Below, one piece after another: positions 58,757-64,000 of a stretch of DNA of 64,000 nt. How positions within the stretch are numbered: the first letter of the stretch is position 1; the number at the start of each line of letters is the position of its first letter. This DNA comes from an uncultured bacterium. Lineage in GTDB: Bacteria; AUK180. A model generated the notes under the pieces. That model was not told where the DNA came from. It saw only the letters and a list, made by a program, of their open reading frames with translations, and searched no databases. The stretch spans positions 838-64,837 of the forward strand of contig CALMGJ010000020.1 in the NCBI GenBank assembly GCA_937863565.1, given 5' to 3'. The position numbers and the translations under genes are program-made.

Positions 58757-58987
58757 TTATTGTTTTTTGACCTTGATCCTGATCCGCCACCCCTTCTCCC
58801 CTGCGTTAACGGCTTCTTCGACCTCGCATCCGAGGGCTCCGGCGCCCATCTTTATCTCTTCGAAGGATTGAGGGTGATCGCCTTTTATCGAAATAATATC
58901 CCCTTCATTCGCTTTGAGGACGGCTTTCCTCATATTGATAAGCGGATACGGGCAAGTTTTTCCGGTGGTATCGACTTCAATCTCCAT
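58757..58987 (-). CDS. tusA: TusA/SirA-like sulfur carrier
   Basis: DTTGKTCPYP motif; 76 aa. Confidence 0.88.
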   Translation of the reverse strand: MEIEVDTTGKTCPYPLINMRKAVLKANEGDIISIKGDHPQSFEEIKMGAGALGCEVEEAVNAGEKGWRIRIKVKKQ

Positions 58988-59615
58988 TCGGGACGACCTC
59001 AACTTTTCTTATATCCCATAGAGGGCTGATGCGCTCAATGATCTCGTCCTTGACATTGGCGAAGAACTGCTCGTCTTCCTTCATTTTCACGTGTACCTTT
59101 ACAGTGCCCGAGGAGATATCGATGCCGTTCACAAGATCGGTGGAGATGATATCTTTTCCTAAAACGGGATTGATAACGCTTCTGAGCCTTTTTGTGACCG
59201 TGCTTTCATCGGTCGGGATTTTTTCTTTAAGAAGTCCGTGGGTATGTTCGTAATTCTCTATGGCTGTCTTCAACGCATCTACAGCCAACACGGCGCAGTG
59301 GATCTTGACCGGAGGCAAGCCTCCGAGTTCCCTGTTCGCGCTCTCCCAACTTATCTGCTTTGCCTCCTCTATGGTTTTGCCTTTGGCTATTTCAGTAATG
59401 ATCGAGGCAGTGGCGATATTTGAAGCGCACCCGTAGGATTGGAATTTAATATCCTGGATAACGAGTGTCTCCGGATCCACTTTAAGATAGAGTTTCACCA
59501 TATCCCCGCAGGCGGGCGATCCCTCTGTCGCTGTAGCGTCGGGATTTTCTATCTGCCCTACATTCTTCGGGTTCAGGAAGTATTTCAGTATGGTCTGGTT
59601 ATACGGCATCGACAT
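58977..59615 (-). CDS. iscU: IscU/NifU-type scaffold fused to a DUF59/MIP18-like domain
   Basis: NPKNVG, PACGD, GCAS, LPPVKIHC; C-terminal LRSVINP.LG.DII...LV. Confidence 0.9.
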   Translation of the reverse strand: MSMPYNQTILKYFLNPKNVGQIENPDATATEGSPACGDMVKLYLKVDPETLVIQDIKFQSYGCASNIATASIITEIAKGKTIEEAKQISWESANRELGGLPPVKIHCAVLAVDALKTAIENYEHTHGLLKEKIPTDESTVTKRLRSVINPVLGKDIISTDLVNGIDISSGTVKVHVKMKEDEQFFANVKDEIIERISPLWDIRKVEVVPNGD

Positions 59616-59624
59616 ATTCGCTCC

Positions 59625-60779
59625 TTATTTTATGGGGCTTATTTCCCTCAATTTATTTACTACGAAACGCGCTTTTTCGGCGGCATACTCAATTTCGACT
59701 CCACTTGATAAGCGCGATAATCCGAATCTCACCGATCCGTGAGCCCTTTCATGCGTGTAGCCCAAGGCCATCATCACATAACTCGGTTCAAGGGATTCCG
59801 AAAAACACGCCGACCCGGTTATCACCGAGATGCCGTGCATGTCGAGATGGAGGACGATGGCCTCGCCTTCCGCTCTGTAGAAAGTCACATTGACATTATT
59901 ATCAACTCTTTTATCTTTCGGGCCGTTTAGAACGGCATCGTCTATTTTCAGAAGGTCCGCGATCAGTTTATCCCTCAGCGGCTTCACTTTCATTATGTTC
60001 TCCTTGTTCTTTTCTATCAATTCGGCGGCTTTGCCGGAACCGACTATGGCGGGAACATTCTCAAGGCCTGGCCTTATATAGAATTCATTGAAATTACCTT
60101 CGAAGAGCCTGTCTATTTTTACATTCTTGTTCTTATAAAGAATTCCGGCTCCTTTCGGACCGTGGATCTTGTCTGCGGAAAGTGTCATAAGAGAGATGTT
60201 CTGCTTTTTCACGTCGATGGGAAACCAGGAGAAGGCATAGGAGGCATCCGTATGGAACAGAACACCTCTTTCGGCGCAGAGCGTACCGATCCTCTCGATA
60301 TCCTGCATCGTACCTACTTCATGATTAACGTATGAAACGGAAACCAGAGAGGTTCTCTCTGTCAGAGCTCCCTTGATATCATCGGGATCCGCAAAACCTT
60401 CCCCGTCCACTTTAATAATGGAGGTCCCGAAACCTTCCTTTCCGAGTTTCTTGACGGAGTTCAGTACCGACCGCGGTTCTATGGGCGAAGTGATCAGATG
60501 ATCTCTCTTCTTCTTTCCGTAATACGCCGCTCCCTTAACGGCGAGATTATTCGATTCGGTCTCTCCGGAAGTAAAAATGATCTCGGAAGGTTCCGCATTA
60601 ATGCATGCGGCGATCCTTTCCCTTGCCTTTTCTATGGCATCAGAACCGAGGATGCCGTCCTGATGGGAGAATTGCGAAGAAGGGATGGCATAGATCTCGC
60701 TGAAATACGGGAGCATCTCCTTCAACACTTCGTCATCCACTCTAGTCGTTGCAATATTATCGAAATAATACCGTCTCAT
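59625..60779 (-). CDS. iscS: cysteine desulfurase family protein (IscS/NifS-like, divergent)
   Basis: DNIATT, FTSGETESNN, NHEVGT, SADKIHGPKG, TGSAC, SVRFGL. Confidence 0.88.
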   Translation of the reverse strand: MRRYYFDNIATTRVDDEVLKEMLPYFSEIYAIPSSQFSHQDGILGSDAIEKARERIAACINAEPSEIIFTSGETESNNLAVKGAAYYGKKKRDHLITSPIEPRSVLNSVKKLGKEGFGTSIIKVDGEGFADPDDIKGALTERTSLVSVSYVNHEVGTMQDIERIGTLCAERGVLFHTDASYAFSWFPIDVKKQNISLMTLSADKIHGPKGAGILYKNKNVKIDRLFEGNFNEFYIRPGLENVPAIVGSGKAAELIEKNKENIMKVKPLRDKLIADLLKIDDAVLNGPKDKRVDNNVNVTFYRAEGEAIVLHLDMHGISVITGSACFSESLEPSYVMMALGYTHERAHGSVRFGLSRLSSGVEIEYAAEKARFVVNKLREISPIK

Positions 60780-61171
60780 AGAACTCCTTTTTCTGTGCAA
60801 AGCAGATCATGCTTTTTAAGGTATTCCTTTATATGTTTATTAAGCCCGTTCAGGATGTTCATTGTCGAGCAATCGGCGGAATTGCACTTGGAATTCCTGT
60901 AACAAAGGCCTTGCTCAACATCCCCCTCCAAAGCGATATAAAGATCATAAAGCGAAAGAGTTCTTCTGAAGGGATCGATCTTATAACCCCCGGCCGGGCC
61001 TCTTACGGTTGAAAGGATCCCTTTTCCTGTAAGGCAATGCGCAAGTTTTTCAAGATACTTTTTAGAGATACCCAGTTCAGCGGTCATCTCGGACATGCGC
61101 ACAGGGCCTTTTCTTTGCCGGATATATGTTACCATTCTCAGTCCGTAAATGAAACGCGTTGTAATTTTCAT
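60776..61171 (-). CDS. Rrf2 family regulator (IscR-like)
   Basis: ISKKYLEK, RGPAGGY, three C-terminal Cys (CYRNSKCNSADC). Confidence 0.9.
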   Translation of the reverse strand: MKITTRFIYGLRMVTYIRQRKGPVRMSEMTAELGISKKYLEKLAHCLTGKGILSTVRGPAGGYKIDPFRRTLSLYDLYIALEGDVEQGLCYRNSKCNSADCSTMNILNGLNKHIKEYLKKHDLLCTEKGVL

Positions 61172-61176
61172 ATCAT

Positions 61177-61221
61177 TATACTCTACTAAATAAGTATACA
61201 ATAATCTCTCTTGAAAGTCAA
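61177..61221 (-). promoter_or_regulatory. promoter with overlapping Rrf2/IscR-type operator
   Basis: TTGACT-17-TATACT; ATACTCTACTAAATAAGTATACAAT (61178-61202) resembles an IscR type-1 box. Confidence 0.55.
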
Positions 61222-61265
61222 GTATTTTCTGCTCTATGCTAAAATCATCGGGTGACCATTACCCG

Positions 61266-64000
61266 TTATTTAACAACTGCGAATTTACCTGTCTTATTCT
61301 CTCCGTGGGCATTGGTGATCACATAAAGATAGATCCCCGAGGATAATTTCCTCCTGTTTTCATTGCGGACATCGTAGTAAAGCGTCTTTTCCTCGTTCTC
61401 AAGCACCTTCACAAGAGAACCGTTTATGTCGAAGATCCGGATCACGCAGCCCTTTGTCAGGTTGGCGAATACGATTTCATCAGTTATTCCCGTATTGACG
61501 GGATTCGGGTACAGTATAAAATCCTTGAGATCGTCGAAGAAGAGCCTTGTGCCCGTGAAATCCAGTGTTTCAAATGCGGAAAGATCGTACAGCGCGGATG
61601 AATCCGGGAAAAATGACCAGTTCTGCAAAGACGGCGTTACCGTATATGTCGCGCCGGCATTCAGACCTGCGAATTCGTAATACCCCGTTACATCCGTTAC
61701 AGTACTTGCCGTGGTATTACCTGTAAGGTTCACGGTAACATTCGCAAGAGGATCCAATCCGTCGGTAATGGTTCCCGAGATCGTCCACGTATCGAAAGTG
61801 CCGGTAAAATCCCCGTCCGTAATGTCGGAGCCGAGTTCAGCGATCGTTATATCGGGAGGGTTGAAAGACCAGTGTGTTTTGGAAGCCGTAAGAGTGTACG
61901 CTGCGCCGGCATCAAGGCCGATAAACGAGTAGAATCCCGTATCGCTTGTTGTAGTGCTCGAAATTATTCCCCCGCTGATATTGACAGCTGCTCCCGGAAT
62001 AGGCGCTGAACCATCCGTGATTATGCCGGAGACAGACCATGTATTCAGTATCCCCGTGAAATCGGCACCGCTTATCCCGGCGCCGAGATCGGAATATATC
62101 CTTTCACCAGGAGAGAAGACCCAGTGCGTCATTGAAGGAGTAACCGTATATGTCGCCCCCGCATCAAGCCCCTTGAATGAATAGAATCCGGTATCCGAAG
62201 TTGTCGTGGAGGAAACGGCGCCGCCGATCAAAGAGACCGCAACATTAGCAAGCGCCGTGAATCCGTCTGTCACTGTTCCGCTGATATCCCATTTGTTGAG
62301 CGTTCCCGTGAAATCCGTTGTCATATGATCCGCAGAAAGCGCATTATAGGCCGTTTCTACGGGCAGGAACGTATAGTGGGTCTTCGAAGGTGTGATCGTA
62401 TAATCCGCCCCCGCATCAAGCCCCTTGAATGAATAGAATCCGGTATCCGAAGTTGTCGTACTTGCTGCAGCACCTCCGGAAAGGGAAATGGATACTCCGG
62501 GCATTGGATCTGTACCGTCGGTAACCGTTCCTCCGACATCCCATGTATCTATCGTCCCTGCGAAATCACCCGTATTGTTCCCCGAGAGTGAATAAAAAGT
62601 CCGGGAGGTCGGCGAGAAGTTCCAATATGTCCGGCTCGGGGTGACAGTATAGTCGCCGCCTTCCGTCAGGCCAGTAAAGATATAGAATCCCGTATCGCTC
62701 GTCGTAGTGGAAGCCGTCATACTGCCGGTAAGATTAATGGAAACGCCGTTCATCGGATTGCTCGAACCATCCTCTATGATGCCGGAAATGTTGTATGTTA
62801 TCAAAGTAGCTGAAAAATCAGCGGTTGATATATCGGCAGAAAATTCGGGATAATTCCGGCTCGAAGGAGCGAATAAATAATGTGTTTTTGACGGAGTTAC
62901 GGTATATGTCGCTCCGGCATCAAGCGATTTAAAGATATAGTATCCCGTATCGCTCGTTGTCGTCGAAGAGACCGCGCCGCCGCTTAAAGATACCGTAGCG
63001 CCGGAAAGAGGCGCGAGGCCCTCGGTTATTATGCCTGAAATATCGTATACGTTAAATGAGCCTGTGAAATCAACATCTGCTTTTTCCGAATCAAGTCCCG
63101 CAAATGTTATGAAGACCGGAGTGAAACTCCAATATGCTTTTGACGGGGTTACCGTATATGTAGCGCCGGCATTAAGCGATTTGAAGATATAGAATCCCGT
63201 ATCGCTCGTTGTCGTCGAAGAGACTGCCCCGCCGCTCAAAGAGACCGTAATACCGGTTAGCGGGTTGATGCCGTCTGAGACCACACCTGAGATATCGTAG
63301 GAATAAAGACCGCATATGAAATCCACGACCTCATCGGCACTGAGGTCGGGAAAGGCCGCAGATGCGGGACCGAACCAGTAGAATTGCTTTGAAGGATTGA
63401 TCGAATACGCTTCATGTGCTGGCAGGTCAGTGAAGGAGTAATCCCCGTTGATATCGGTCACGGCAGTATCGGATACGGCGCCGCTCAAAGTAACAAGAAC
63501 ACCGGGCATCGGCGAACCGCCGGATGTGATCGTCCCGGATATGGTATGCGGGGAGGAGAGAGTGGTTATTCCCAGCTCATCAGAAGCTGTCCTGATAAGA
63601 GGAATACAGTTCGAGACCGTAACCTTGTAATAATAATCGGTATCAGGTGTCAGACCCTCATCAGTGAAGCTCAGAGCTGTTGTGTCGGACACGAGAAGCG
63701 TTGCAGCGGCCGTATCCACAGGGCTTGTCCCGCTCCGGTACAATGAATAGAGCACAGGTTCCATCGTTTGTTCATCATCGGCAGCCTCTGTCCACTCAAT
63801 AACGGCATCCGTGCTTGAGTATGATGCAGAATCTATTCCGGAGGTCCCGGATACCGTCCAATCAGGAGCCGTGGTATCGGCGGGATCGCAAAGAGGCAGT
63901 GTTGATGCCGCAAGTTCATCAGATGCGGTCCCGGTAAGCGGAACGCAGTTGGAGACCGTTACTTTGTAATAATAATTTGTATCAGGTGTCAGGCCTTCAT
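61266..64000 (-). CDS. large surface protein, 5'-partial: FN3 repeats, 8 carboxypeptidase-regulatory-like (SdrD-B-like) repeats, C-terminal FlgD/T9SS-like Ig domain
   Basis: Frame is open to the window edge (EGLTPDTNYYYKVTVSN...); units ISG.I.DG..P..G..V.LSG....STTTSDTGFY.F..L.AG..YTVTPS; tail YPNP...IRIFDING.LV...SSGIY.Y. Confidence 0.88.
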   Translation of the reverse strand, partial: EGLTPDTNYYYKVTVSNCVPLTGTASDELAASTLPLCDPADTTAPDWTVSGTSGIDSASYSSTDAVIEWTEAADDEQTMEPVLYSLYRSGTSPVDTAAATLLVSDTTALSFTDEGLTPDTDYYYKVTVSNCIPLIRTASDELGITTLSSPHTISGTITSGGSPMPGVLVTLSGAVSDTAVTDINGDYSFTDLPAHEAYSINPSKQFYWFGPASAAFPDLSADEVVDFICGLYSYDISGVVSDGINPLTGITVSLSGGAVSSTTTSDTGFYIFKSLNAGATYTVTPSKAYWSFTPVFITFAGLDSEKADVDFTGSFNVYDISGIITEGLAPLSGATVSLSGGAVSSTTTSDTGYYIFKSLDAGATYTVTPSKTHYLFAPSSRNYPEFSADISTADFSATLITYNISGIIEDGSSNPMNGVSINLTGSMTASTTTSDTGFYIFTGLTEGGDYTVTPSRTYWNFSPTSRTFYSLSGNNTGDFAGTIDTWDVGGTVTDGTDPMPGVSISLSGGAAASTTTSDTGFYSFKGLDAGADYTITPSKTHYTFLPVETAYNALSADHMTTDFTGTLNKWDISGTVTDGFTALANVAVSLIGGAVSSTTTSDTGFYSFKGLDAGATYTVTPSMTHWVFSPGERIYSDLGAGISGADFTGILNTWSVSGIITDGSAPIPGAAVNISGGIISSTTTSDTGFYSFIGLDAGAAYTLTASKTHWSFNPPDITIAELGSDITDGDFTGTFDTWTISGTITDGLDPLANVTVNLTGNTTASTVTDVTGYYEFAGLNAGATYTVTPSLQNWSFFPDSSALYDLSAFETLDFTGTRLFFDDLKDFILYPNPVNTGITDEIVFANLTKGCVIRIFDINGSLVKVLENEEKTLYYDVRNENRRKLSSGIYLYVITNAHGENKTGKFAVVK

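Overview
A gene-dense chromosomal window from an anaerobic, probably diderm, bacterium. It looks like a candidate phylum (inference from POR, an SLH tether, a FlgD/T9SS-like C-terminal domain and MglAB). Most of it is housekeeping or signalling: porGDAB, mnmA, ltaE, amiC-murI-rph, pit, nadE, CIRCE-controlled groESL, lepA, rho, an Isc-like operon, tRNA-Leu(CAG) and tRNA-Ser(GCT). Five things stand out. (1) An AT-rich accessory patch at 454-2198 in which two genes are bounded by a repeated (TAAAGACC)AGGTAC(C)TTTT motif; one is an AbiF/AbiD HEPN nuclease preceded by a perfect sigma70 promoter and a short hairpin RNA, a type III toxin-antitoxin layout. (2) An unannotated, roughly 210-nt multi-hairpin RNA with a closing stem between tRNA-Ser and a diguanylate cyclase-rho-lepA run, with raiA-motif-like core words. 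(3) An mglB-mglA-mglB-DUF4388 polarity module inside the POR operon. (4) A 3133-aa TPR solenoid protein heading a sigma54 two-component operon. (5) Several apparently leaderless genes. All calls come from reading motifs by eye; no database searches were run.
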